A DNA stretch of 64,000 nt from Gemmatimonadota bacterium (GTDB lineage: Bacteria; Gemmatimonadota; Gemmatimonadetes; Gemmatimonadales; GWC2-71-9). The notes beneath the pieces are model-generated. The model saw nothing but the letters and a program-made list of their open reading frames with translations. It had not been told where the DNA came from and did no database searches. Numbering within the stretch: the stretch's first letter is position 1; each line of letters starts with the position of its first letter. Shown here in pieces: positions 1 to 8,308 of the stretch. The position numbers and the translations under genes are program-made. The stretch is taken from positions 3,452 through 67,451 of the forward strand of contig JBDHLU010000003.1 in NCBI GenBank assembly GCA_039656555.1. Direction: 5' to 3'.

Positions 1-2820
1 ACGTTCGTCTGCTGCGATGTCACCAAACCTAACTCCCTCATATGGGTGCGTGAGCGGCAGTTCGAGTTGACGGCGGACACGCTGTGTTGATTGCTCTGCC
101 TTTGGAGGAAGCCAGAGTCCGACCTGCCATAACAACTCGCGCCGGGTGAGGCCAAAGGTGTCGCACCCGCCAACCCAGGCGATGTTCTCTATGCCGTTAC
201 GTGCCAGTCTAGGAGGTGCGCGCCGAACCAGGTCACTCAAACTTCGGAAAGGTCCGTGGCGCTCCCGTTCGAACACTACGGCTTCGGCAACGTCCCACTC
301 GACGTCGCGAACGAATCCAAGTCCGATGCGAAGCGACTGCCCTTCGGCGGTGCAATACACGTCACTCGCATTGATATCCGGGAGCTTTACGTCGATGCCA
401 TGTCGCTTGGCGTCGCGACCAAGTGCATCGAGCGAGTAGAATCCCATAGGCTGATTGTTGAAAAGCGCCGTGTAGTACTCGACTGGATAATGGTGTCTAA
501 GCCACGCGGATTGATACGCGAGTAAGCCAAAGGCGGCAGCATGTGATTTGGGAAATCCAAACTCTGAGAATGCGGTAACTTGCTCGAACACACGCTCTGC
601 GATGGTGTCGCGAACGCCGTTTGCCCGAGCACCATCACGAAACTCTTCCCAAAACCCTTCCAGAAGCTCGCGGGACCGGCGCCGGCTCATGGCTCGCCGC
701 AACGCTTCGGCCTGTCCGGCGCTGAATCCAGCGAGCGATTGGCAGACTTGTAGTACCTGGTCCTGATAGATGATGACGCCTAGCGTTTCGCTGAGGGCCT
801 CTTTGAGTAATGGGTGATCGAGTGGAGGTTCGTACACTGCTCCTCGCTCCCGCGCGTATCGTTGGTCTTCCCGTCGTCGGACAAACGGATTTACGGCGCC
901 ACCAACGATGGGACCGGGCCGAACAATGGCGACCTCCATGGCGAGATCCTCCAAATTGCGTGGTCGGGTGCGCCGCACCATTTGGATCTGCGCGCGGCTT
1001 TCGATCTGAAAGAGCCCAACTGTGTCGCCGCTGCAGATCTGATCGTAGACGACCGCCTCTTCGAAATCGATTCGACTCAGATCGGGAGGGGTGCCTTCCT
1101 TTATAGCAATGAGTTCGACGCATTCTTCAACGAGCGATAACATTCCCAGGGCGAGAAAGTCGATCTTGATGAACCGCGCATCGTCACAGGAGTCCTTATC
1201 CCATTGGCAGACGACGCGATCCTCCATTGCAGCACGCTCGAGCGGAACGAGTTCCACCAGGGGTCGGCTGGAAATGATCATCCCGCCAACGTGTTGCGAT
1301 ACATGTCGTGGGAGCCCCGCGATTTCTTCAGCTAGATCGCACAGGTCACGCCAGAGCGGCGCATCGACCCGGCCTTCGAACCCCGGAATTTTGGGCAATT
1401 CTTCTCGTAGCGCGCCAGCCGACCGGAGCTCGGCGAGCTTCGCAACCTGCTCGAGCTCTCCGGTGGGGAGATCGAGCACTTTACCAAGCTCGCGAACGGC
1501 CGACCGGAGTCGATACGTTGGAAACGTGCACACCAGACCCGTGTGCTCATCACCATATCGTTTGTACACCCGCCGGATCAATTCTTTGCGAATTTCCCGG
1601 GGAAAATCGAGATCGATATCGGGGACGGACGCCATCGTCTCATTCAGAAACCGTCCAATGAACAAGTGATTGGCGATGGGATCGATGTGTGATAACCCGA
1701 GGAAATAGCAGATGATCGAGGATACGCATGACCCGCGCCCCCGCCCCCGTAGCAGATTGCCCCGTGCACGTCGTGTCCCCGCGCGGACCTCAGCGGCCAC
1801 CTCTCGCGCAAGATCGAAGAGATCGTTGTAGACGAGAAAGAACCCACTGAGATTGTGGTGCTCAACAAGTCGTAGTTCTTCGTCGAGGCGACGCTCTGCT
1901 TCATCACGATTCTGGGAGCCGAATGGGTACAGTTCGTCGAGTTTGCTGCGGCATAGCTCGGCAAGCACTTGTGGTGCCGGCGTCTGATTGGTTCCACGAA
2001 AATCCGGGAACGTGTATCCGAGATCTTGCGTGAGATCGAACGACGCACAGCGTTCCGCAATCGCAATCGTATTGGCCAGCGCGTCAGGGCGATCGCGAAA
2101 CCGTTCCGCTACAGCTTTTGGTGATTTCAAATAGAAATCACTGTTGGGCTTCCGCTCGTCATGAGACCCATCCAGGGTCGTGCGATGCTTGATCGATACC
2201 AGTGCGTCGTGGAGTCGATGCCCTGATTCGCGGTGATAATGAACGTCTCCGGTAGCGACTACAGAAAGCCCCACAGCATCGGCCAGTTCCCCGAGCAACC
2301 GTGTTCTATATCGATCGCCGAAAGCTTCGTTGCGTTGCAGCTCGACAAAAAAGTTGCGGGCCCCGAACACGGCACGACATCGATGGGCAAATCGCTCCGC
2401 CGCTCGCGGTCCTTCACGCTCGAGTATGGTCGGGAGCAAACCGCGTCGGCAGCCCGAGAGGATGATGATCCCTTCGTGCCGCGCCTCGAGCGACGCGAAG
2501 TCGAGACGCGGGTCGTGCCGGTCTTCTCTTCCGAGATGCGCTTCGGTAATGAGCCGAGCGAGGTTGGCATATCCTGTTGGCGTTTCAGCCAACAACGTGA
2601 CGTGTGAACCGTCGAGTAGTGTGACGTCGGCTCCGGTAATCGGTTGCAACTCGATCTGCCGCGCGGCTTGCGCAAAGATCATGGAACCGTAGAGCCCATT
2701 GTTGTCGGTCAGGGCAAGGGCAGGATAGCCGAGCCCTTTGGCCGCCAGAGCAAGCTGGTCGGGTTGAGCCGTACCGTCTAAGAAGGAAAAGGCCGAATGG
2801 CAGTGAAGCTCGATATACAT
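1..2820 (-). CDS. dnaE2: Error-prone DNA polymerase III alpha subunit DnaE2 (about 940 N-terminal aa; C-terminus runs off the left edge)
   Basis: Absent from the ORF track because it is open to the window edge. My translation of the minus strand from ATG 2820 reads MYIELHCHSAFSFLDGTAQPDQLA (PHP domain) ... DIDLDFPREIRKELIRRVYKRYG ... RHVSQHVGGMIIS ... GLFQIESRAQIQMVRR ... FGFPKSHAAAFGLLAYQSAWL, with no stop down to position 1. It lies directly downstream of an imuB-like gene. Confidence 0.9.
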   Translation of the reverse strand, partial: MYIELHCHSAFSFLDGTAQPDQLALAAKGLGYPALALTDNNGLYGSMIFAQAARQIELQPITGADVTLLDGSHVTLLAETPTGYANLARLITEAHLGREDRHDPRLDFASLEARHEGIIILSGCRRGLLPTILEREGPRAAERFAHRCRAVFGARNFFVELQRNEAFGDRYRTRLLGELADAVGLSVVATGDVHYHRESGHRLHDALVSIKHRTTLDGSHDERKPNSDFYLKSPKAVAERFRDRPDALANTIAIAERCASFDLTQDLGYTFPDFRGTNQTPAPQVLAELCRSKLDELYPFGSQNRDEAERRLDEELRLVEHHNLSGFFLVYNDLFDLAREVAAEVRAGTRRARGNLLRGRGRGSCVSSIICYFLGLSHIDPIANHLFIGRFLNETMASVPDIDLDFPREIRKELIRRVYKRYGDEHTGLVCTFPTYRLRSAVRELGKVLDLPTGELEQVAKLAELRSAGALREELPKIPGFEGRVDAPLWRDLCDLAEEIAGLPRHVSQHVGGMIISSRPLVELVPLERAAMEDRVVCQWDKDSCDDARFIKIDFLALGMLSLVEECVELIAIKEGTPPDLSRIDFEEAVVYDQICSGDTVGLFQIESRAQIQMVRRTRPRNLEDLAMEVAIVRPGPIVGGAVNPFVRRREDQRYARERGAVYEPPLDHPLLKEALSETLGVIIYQDQVLQVCQSLAGFSAGQAEALRRAMSRRRSRELLEGFWEEFRDGARANGVRDTIAERVFEQVTAFSEFGFPKSHAAAFGLLAYQSAWLRHHYPVEYYTALFNNQPMGFYSLDALGRDAKRHGIDVKLPDINASDVYCTAEGQSLRIGLGFVRDVEWDVAEAVVFERERHGPFRSLSDLVRRAPPRLARNGIENIAWVGGCDTFGLTRRELLWQVGLWLPPKAEQSTQRVRRQLELPLTHPYEGVRFGDIAADER

Positions 2821-2854
2821 GAACGGCGGGGAAAGGGGAGCGGAAAGGGTGCTG

Positions 2855-3157
2855 CTAAGGTTTCTGGAGGAACCAGTTGCCGGTTATGAGGTTTTGAAAC
2901 ACGACGACGTGGCCGCCTCCTTCGAGTACGATGTCGAGGTATCGCCGACTGATGGGATTTCTCCACCACTCGTCGTTGATTCGCCATGAATCAATGACCA
3001 TATCCACTGTAGTGCGCTCCACGGTATTGTCGGGACTCCGTGGATATGAAATTGCGCACAACCGTCCACAAGCATCGAGTTCGACGTCGATTTGGACGGG
3101 TTCGTTTAGTGCTCGAAGTCGATCAGCGCGTACCGGCGTTCGGGAATGCGTGACCAT
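2855..3157 (-). CDS. Stand-alone ImuB C-terminal-like domain protein (100 aa)
   Basis: The ORF ends in SWRINDEWWRNPISRRYLDIVLEGGGHVVVFQNLITGNWFLQKP. This W-rich motif is what I associate with the C-terminal module of ImuB proteins. ATG at 3157 overlaps the 3' end of imuB by 52 nt in another frame. It lies 34 nt upstream of dnaE2. Confidence 0.55.
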   Translation of the reverse strand: MVTHSRTPVRADRLRALNEPVQIDVELDACGRLCAISYPRSPDNTVERTTVDMVIDSWRINDEWWRNPISRRYLDIVLEGGGHVVVFQNLITGNWFLQKP

Positions 3158-4344
3158 GGTTGCACCTCGATGATGTGATGTAGCATTGGTCGCTTGAGGC
3201 GACTCTTGATTTCGGTTGCCGCATGCTCGAGCGCACGCTGCCGTCCTGCCCTAACTGAACTCGCAGCGTCGCGAGCAAAGAGTTGTAACTCCTGTGTTCC
3301 CCGAGCAAAGTCGGTGAATTCGACCGTGAGGTTTTCGATGGCTCCAGTAGGTGGCGATTGTTCGAGCCGAACCTTGAGAGGGGCGACGATGCGATCACTA
3401 TTGGCTGTCGGATCTTTGTGAATGACTTCCACGAGCCACGACGCACCATGCTCGAGTTTTGCTCGAACGCGTGTTGCTAGTACTCGCCAACCAATGCGCC
3501 GTGGGTGTTTGAGTGCGCGTTGCACGAGCTTGTGTATAGCGTTCGCAAGCAAGAGGCGATCTGCGATCGGGACGGAAAAGTGCAAGGCTGCAACGATGGG
3601 CTCGGGGTGCTCTTGCCCGATCACCGGATCGCGCGCGCGACCGCTTGCCAGTTGCCATGCCTCCCGGCCCTCCCGACCGAATTGTGAGACCATAGCCACT
3701 TCGGGAAGTCGGGCGATGTCATGAAGTGTCTTGAGCCCGAGTTGGACGAGCCTGCGGTGGGTGTCGGGGAGGATGGGCAAGACAGCAGTCGGTTGCTGCG
3801 CAATGAACGTGTGCTGCTCGTGATCGCGTACGATCATGGGTTTGCCAGGCTTGGCGCGTGCTGCCGCGATCCAGGAAACGAATTTGCCACGCCCCCATCC
3901 CAATCGCGCGATCGATGCCCATGCGGTGCGCCGGCCGAGCGCCTGCCGCATCATTGCCAGTTGCCGTTCCGGAGGACCGATGAGTTTCTCGAGTCCGTCG
4001 ACACCGATGAACACGCGCCCGAGCTCGACGGGCTCGACGACCGGACTCACATTTCCGAGCGCGGCCACAAGGTGTGTGAACTGCTCGTCATAGTACACCG
4101 GGTCCGGTTCGATCAACACGAGCGTTGGACACAAACCAATGGCCTGGCTCACGGTCATACCAGCGGAGACGCCGGCACGCCGGGCTGTTGGCGAGACCTG
4201 CCACACTCGGCGTGTATCGGTTGCAGTGAGCAGTGCCAACGGCTTCTTCTCGAGATCAGGCCGGCGGTGCTCTTCGCAGCGAAGTGGAAAAAGCGGAATC
4301 CAGAGACATGCAGCACGATCGCTGCTGAGCGTTGCCGAATGCAC
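3106..4344 (-). CDS. imuB: ImuB, catalytically inactive Y-family polymerase-like mutasome subunit
   Basis: 412-aa ORF. The N-terminus CLWIPLFPLRCEE replaces the acidic DxD/E catalytic motif of active Y-family polymerases, as is typical of ImuB. The overall UmuC/DinB-like layout is kept. The GTG start abuts the stop of the upstream radical-SAM gene, and the gene sits next to dnaE2. Confidence 0.78.
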   Translation of the reverse strand: MHSATLSSDRAACLWIPLFPLRCEEHRRPDLEKKPLALLTATDTRRVWQVSPTARRAGVSAGMTVSQAIGLCPTLVLIEPDPVYYDEQFTHLVAALGNVSPVVEPVELGRVFIGVDGLEKLIGPPERQLAMMRQALGRRTAWASIARLGWGRGKFVSWIAAARAKPGKPMIVRDHEQHTFIAQQPTAVLPILPDTHRRLVQLGLKTLHDIARLPEVAMVSQFGREGREAWQLASGRARDPVIGQEHPEPIVAALHFSVPIADRLLLANAIHKLVQRALKHPRRIGWRVLATRVRAKLEHGASWLVEVIHKDPTANSDRIVAPLKVRLEQSPPTGAIENLTVEFTDFARGTQELQLFARDAASSVRAGRQRALEHAATEIKSRLKRPMLHHIIEVQPWSRIPERRYALIDFEH

Positions 4345-5352
4345 CTAGGACTCCCAGAACGTGAGCTGTGTCGATGGGGGCTTGGGCGCTTTGGTGTAAT
4401 CGCGCTCTGTGCCGGTGTCTTCGATACCGAAACGCCGCCCGATGTCTCGAAAACGTGTACGAAGAGCGCCAAGATACGTATCTGGGACGTTCTGGCCCTT
4501 GTCGTAGTTGGCGTGATAGCGCGTAACGAGCCCAGGATACGCGCTGGCGAGAATTGGTAAGACGCGCTTGCGCGTGTCGCTATACATCCGTAATGGGACG
4601 GGATGTACAAAATGAGCACCGGCATCACGCGCTTCGGACATGAGAAGTTCGATTTGCTGAACGGTGTCCGTGATACCGGGAAGAATGGGAGCGACGAGCA
4701 GCCCGGCCCGTATCCCATTTCGAGTGAGCTTGTCCAACGCCCGAAGTCGCACGTGCGGTATTGGCGAGCGTGCCTCGAACTGCTTGATGATGTTGATGTC
4801 AGCGCTGATGAGTGAGATGTAGACGGAGACGAGATTACGCCGAGCAAGGGCTTTCAGGAGGTCAGTGTCGCGGCAAATCAGCGGACTCTTGGTGATTATC
4901 CCAATACGGATACCACGTTCGGTGCGAAGCCGGTCGAGAATCGTTCGCGTGATCTGATACAAGCGCTCGGCGGGTTGGTAGGGATCTGTGCTGCTCCCGA
5001 TGAGCAGTGTTTGGGTTCCATCGCGCACCGTCCGCCGCCGCAGTTTACGCAGATCGGTATCGAGTGCCCGAAGGACGGAACTCCGCCGTTTGACGAAGAT
5101 CCGTTGTTCGAACGGTTCGGGACCGAGCGGCACGCTCAGGCGCCCACGACTCCGTGCCCGGTCGACCACGTAGTTGTGTGCGAACCGTGCGTAACAGTAC
5201 GAACACCCGAACTCGCACCCTACATACGGATTGACCGACCAGAACTCCATGTTCGTGGATTCAGGAGTGTTGATGATCGATTGGCAGGTAAGCTCGAGGA
5301 ATTTGGTTCCCCGCCGGCGTTCATCGATGACTGAAAACTCTGTGGCCGTCAT
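4345..5352 (-). CDS. Radical SAM protein, SplB / 'DNA repair photolyase' (COG1533, Rv2578c/PA0069-like) family
   Basis: CxxxCxxC cluster in NPYVGCEFGCSYCYARF, with a TIM-barrel-like remainder (ORF track 4345..5421). I prefer ATG 5352 (MTATEF...) because it forms an ATGA overlap with the stop of the upstream 63-aa ORF. The TAG stop at 4345-4347 is immediately followed by the imuB GTG. Confidence 0.8.
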   Translation of the reverse strand: MTATEFSVIDERRRGTKFLELTCQSIINTPESTNMEFWSVNPYVGCEFGCSYCYARFAHNYVVDRARSRGRLSVPLGPEPFEQRIFVKRRSSVLRALDTDLRKLRRRTVRDGTQTLLIGSSTDPYQPAERLYQITRTILDRLRTERGIRIGIITKSPLICRDTDLLKALARRNLVSVYISLISADINIIKQFEARSPIPHVRLRALDKLTRNGIRAGLLVAPILPGITDTVQQIELLMSEARDAGAHFVHPVPLRMYSDTRKRVLPILASAYPGLVTRYHANYDKGQNVPDTYLGALRTRFRDIGRRFGIEDTGTERDYTKAPKPPSTQLTFWES

Positions 5353-5540
5353 CCGCAGCGCCCCCAACCACAGGTCAGGCATGTCTTGCAGGCCGAGGCA
5401 TGCGCTACCGGCCCTCCACACTCCGGACAGACCGAACCGGGTTCCCGGGTTTCGTAGGGATACCGGGGGTGGTCCGGCCAGGGGTTGAACTGTAACTCGC
5501 CCCGTGGTCGGTGGGCGTACTTCGGGTTTTGTTCGGACAT
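5349..5540 (-). CDS. Cys-rich zinc-ribbon-like small protein (63 aa)
   Basis: MSEQNPKYAHRP...SVCPECGGPVAHASACKTCLTCGWGRCG contains CxxC and several further Cys. Third-position GC looks coding-like. It is translationally coupled (ATGA) to the radical-SAM gene and is the first ORF of the imu cassette. Confidence 0.5.
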   Translation of the reverse strand: MSEQNPKYAHRPRGELQFNPWPDHPRYPYETREPGSVCPECGGPVAHASACKTCLTCGWGRCG

Positions 5541-5548
5541 CTAACCCG

Positions 5549-5576
5549 AATATAACCCGAAGAAAAGCCGATGCAA
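5549..5576 (-). promoter_or_regulatory. Putative sigma70-type promoter of the Zn-ribbon/rSAM/imuB/dnaE2 operon
   Basis: On the minus strand, TTGCAT (5571-5576), 16 nt, TATATT (5549-5554). The ATG at 5540 is only 8 nt after the -10, which would make the transcript leaderless or nearly so. There is no SD. Confidence 0.35.
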
Positions 5577-5678
5577 GGTCTGTTGTACAAGCCTGTTACA
5601 CGTCAATGATTATGCATTAGATTTGGCAAATCACCTTGAAGACCGAGCCGATCGCGCCTACTCGCCAGCTCTAATTTC

Positions 5679-6851
5679 TTGAACGCGCAACTATCTTCAG
5701 TCTCGCGTCCGGCCCAGCCGGCACCGTCCAATACCGTTCTTCGCGTACTTGCCGTTTTCGCGTTGTTATTCGTATTCATGCTAGGTGTGAACGGGCTTGG
5801 GGACGGATTCAAAGCTCTTGGGGGCGGACTCGTAGAGAGCTTCATCGCCGCGACTGAGAACCCGTTCATAGGATTGATGGTCGGTATCCTCGCCACGACA
5901 CTCGTACAGAGTTCATCGGTATCGACTTCGCTCATCGTTGGACTCGTCGCGGCGCCCGAGAATCCGCTGCCCATCGTGAACGCCGTCCCGATGATCATGG
6001 GTGCCAACATTGGGACGACCGTGACGAACACGCTCGTGTCACTCGGTCACATCGGTCGGGCCGAAGAGTTCCGTCGTGCGTTCGCTGTGGCCACGTGCCA
6101 CGACTTCTTCAACTTCATCGCTGTCGCCGTGTTCCTTCCGCTCGAGATGCTCACGGGGTATCTCCGCAAAACTGCGACGGCGTTGTCGTCCTTGCTGACA
6201 GGATTCGGCGGTGTCGAGTACGAGAGCCCCATCAAGAACGTGTTGAAGGCGAGCCTGATACCGATTAAGGGGGCGATTGCCCTTGTGTTCAGTGGGACTA
6301 GGGCGCAGACTGTGACGCTCATTTTATTCAGTGCCGGGTTGATCTTCCTTGCCCTGTACTTTTTGGTGCGAGTCATGCGCTCGGCCATGCGGTCACGGGT
6401 CGAGGGGTTGGTGTCTCGAGGGTTGGGTCAGACGGCGGTGTTGTCGATCATTGTGGGGATCGTGGTCACCGTCATGGTGCAATCGAGTTCGATTACCACC
6501 TCGTTGCTTGTGCCGCTGGCGGGTGCAGGTATCGTCACCCTTCAACAGGCATTCCCGATCACGGTTGGTGCCAACCTCGGTACCACTGTGACGGCGGCGC
6601 TCGCGGCGTTGGCGGCCACCGGTGAAAACGCTACGGCCGGCATCACCATTGCGCTCGTGCATTTTCTGTTCAACCTGAGCGCAATGCTCTTGATCTTTCC
6701 ATGGCAGCCGATCCGACGGATTCCCATTATCGCCGCCCAGCGTTTGGCAGATGTTGCTGTGAAGTCTCGTCGATACGCGCTGCTGTACGTTCTCTTATTG
6801 TTCTATGGGGTGCCGGCGCTGTTCACCGTGTTGAACCAGTTGTTGCAGTAG
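5679..6851 (+). CDS. Na+/phosphate cotransporter family protein (NptA-like, PF02690-type)
   Basis: 390-aa polytopic membrane protein. It has the duplicated motif LATTLVQSSSVSTSLIVGLV / VTVMVQSSSITTSLLVPLA and GANIGTTVTN / GANLGTTVTA, characteristic of Na/Pi cotransporters. TTG start. Confidence 0.85.
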   Translation: MNAQLSSVSRPAQPAPSNTVLRVLAVFALLFVFMLGVNGLGDGFKALGGGLVESFIAATENPFIGLMVGILATTLVQSSSVSTSLIVGLVAAPENPLPIVNAVPMIMGANIGTTVTNTLVSLGHIGRAEEFRRAFAVATCHDFFNFIAVAVFLPLEMLTGYLRKTATALSSLLTGFGGVEYESPIKNVLKASLIPIKGAIALVFSGTRAQTVTLILFSAGLIFLALYFLVRVMRSAMRSRVEGLVSRGLGQTAVLSIIVGIVVTVMVQSSSITTSLLVPLAGAGIVTLQQAFPITVGANLGTTVTAALAALAATGENATAGITIALVHFLFNLSAMLLIFPWQPIRRIPIIAAQRLADVAVKSRRYALLYVLLLFYGVPALFTVLNQLLQ

Positions 6852-6863
6852 TCTGGGGGTTTC

Positions 6864-7553
6864 ATGCTTCACGAATTACTCAAGTTCTTTCGATCCGCCC
6901 AACCACTTCAGGCCATGGGTGATAGCTTCTCGAAAATGTTCGAGTTGGCGTATCACCTGACTTGCGAAGCGGGGGAGATTTATTTCGGTAAGAAGGTCAC
7001 GCCCGAAGAGCGGACGCGGATATACAAACGCGATGTGGAGATCAACAAACTGCAACGCGTCGTCCGCAAGCAAGTCATTGCCCATCTTTCGCTGAGTGGA
7101 AACAGCTCGAACCTGCCCTACTGCCTTGTCTTGGTGAGCCTAGTGAAAGACGTCGAGCGGATCGGTGATTACGCCAAGAACCTCACCGAGGTGCACGACT
7201 TCCGGCCAGAGCCGCTACCGGATGACGACATCGTGGCCGAACTGACTGAGATTCGTGCCGGTGTAGAATCGGCCTTTGCCGCGGCGAAGGATGCGTTTGC
7301 CACTTCGAATCGCGAGCAAGCCATCACGTTGATCCAGGCGGGTCGCGATATGGCGCAGCGGGCTGACGCCTTGATTACGCGAGTGGCGCGCAGTGATTAC
7401 GATGCAGCAACGACGACGGCTGTTGTGTTGGGGGCCCGATACTACAAACGGATTGGCGGGCACGTCTTGAATGTGCTATCGAGCGTGGTCATGCCTCTTC
7501 ACAAGCTCGACTACTACGACGAAGACAACAAAATCGCTGCAGCTGGCGGCTAG
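6864..7553 (+). CDS. PhoU-domain protein
   Basis: 229 aa with the PhoU-like signature KDVERIGDYAKNLTEV and two helical repeats. It lies 12 nt downstream of the Na/Pi cotransporter gene. Confidence 0.75.
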   Translation: MLHELLKFFRSAQPLQAMGDSFSKMFELAYHLTCEAGEIYFGKKVTPEERTRIYKRDVEINKLQRVVRKQVIAHLSLSGNSSNLPYCLVLVSLVKDVERIGDYAKNLTEVHDFRPEPLPDDDIVAELTEIRAGVESAFAAAKDAFATSNREQAITLIQAGRDMAQRADALITRVARSDYDAATTTAVVLGARYYKRIGGHVLNVLSSVVMPLHKLDYYDEDNKIAAAGG

Positions 7554-8248
7554 CCCACCGTCTCGACTGTATCCGCACTTTTTGCTGAGGCCAGATCCAC
7601 CATCATGATATCACCGGCATAGGTTGTCACCGGCGCATCCGACAGATTCGCAATTTTTCGGATATTGGTGGCAATGCGTGTCGCTGCTTCGTGGATACTC
7701 TGCGCCGATTCTTTCTGATCTTCCGTCAAACTCGATCCCTGCGCGGAAAGCATTTGGCTTTCCGTTACGATCGCGGTGAGAGCATTGTTGATCTCGTGCC
7801 GTATCGCAACGGCGAACTGACCAATTGCGGCCATTCGTTCGTTGCGCAACGCGCGGCTGTAAAAGGTATGAAGTTCTTCCGATAACCAACCCACACTTAT
7901 CGCCAAGCTGCCGTAGGCGATGTAGATAGGCACCGTGATTCGCCAATTATCCGGAGTGTAGTTGAGCGCCACGACGAGCTGCACGACCACGAAGAGGGCA
8001 GTGCCCATCAATAGCCCGGCAAAGGCACCCTTGAGCCCGTAGTGCAACGACAGCAAGAATGCAGGTACGAGCGTGACGAGCCATACTAATTCGTCAGTGA
8101 GTCCTGGGTCTTCCGGGAGTGCTACCTGAACCATCACCGGCATGAGGTAAGCGGCGGCACAATAGATTTTGAGACGCGGGTTCAAGGGTGGCCGATGGGC
8201 CAGCGGTCCAAAGCCAATCGTTTCGACGATGCGGGATTTGAGCGACAT
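7550..8248 (-). CDS. Membrane protein with histidine-kinase DHp (HisKA) domain but no ATPase domain
   Basis: About 4 TM helices (aa 25-125) followed by ERMAAIGQFAVAIRHEINNALTAIVTESQML (H-box). The ORF stops about 60 aa later with no N/G1/G2 boxes. Confidence 0.6.
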   Translation of the reverse strand: MSLKSRIVETIGFGPLAHRPPLNPRLKIYCAAAYLMPVMVQVALPEDPGLTDELVWLVTLVPAFLLSLHYGLKGAFAGLLMGTALFVVVQLVVALNYTPDNWRITVPIYIAYGSLAISVGWLSEELHTFYSRALRNERMAAIGQFAVAIRHEINNALTAIVTESQMLSAQGSSLTEDQKESAQSIHEAATRIATNIRKIANLSDAPVTTYAGDIMMVDLASAKSADTVETVG

Positions 8249-8308
8249 TGGGTGATCCGGTGAGCAGTACGGTCCCGAAGATGTATCATGACTGGAGTTC
8301 AGTAAAGG

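Noticed and set aside
3721-4560. 279-aa plus-strand ORF over imuB and the radical-SAM gene
   Set aside because: It lies antisense to two well-supported genes, has low-complexity composition and has no motif.
5405-5590. 61-aa minus-strand ORF overlapping the Zn-ribbon ORF and the promoter region
   Set aside because: It would start upstream of the predicted -10 and -35 and run through them. Its composition is poor, and the competing frame 5349..5540 has the Cys motif and the ATGA coupling.
5581-5600. CTGTTGTACAAGCCTGTTACA considered as a LexA/SOS box for the imu cassette
   Set aside because: It does not fit any LexA consensus I know. It contains CTGT-N9-CTGT as a direct repeat rather than CTGT-N8-ACAG, and it has no GAAC-N4-GTTC. 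It is kept only as an unexplained imperfect palindrome in the promoter finding.
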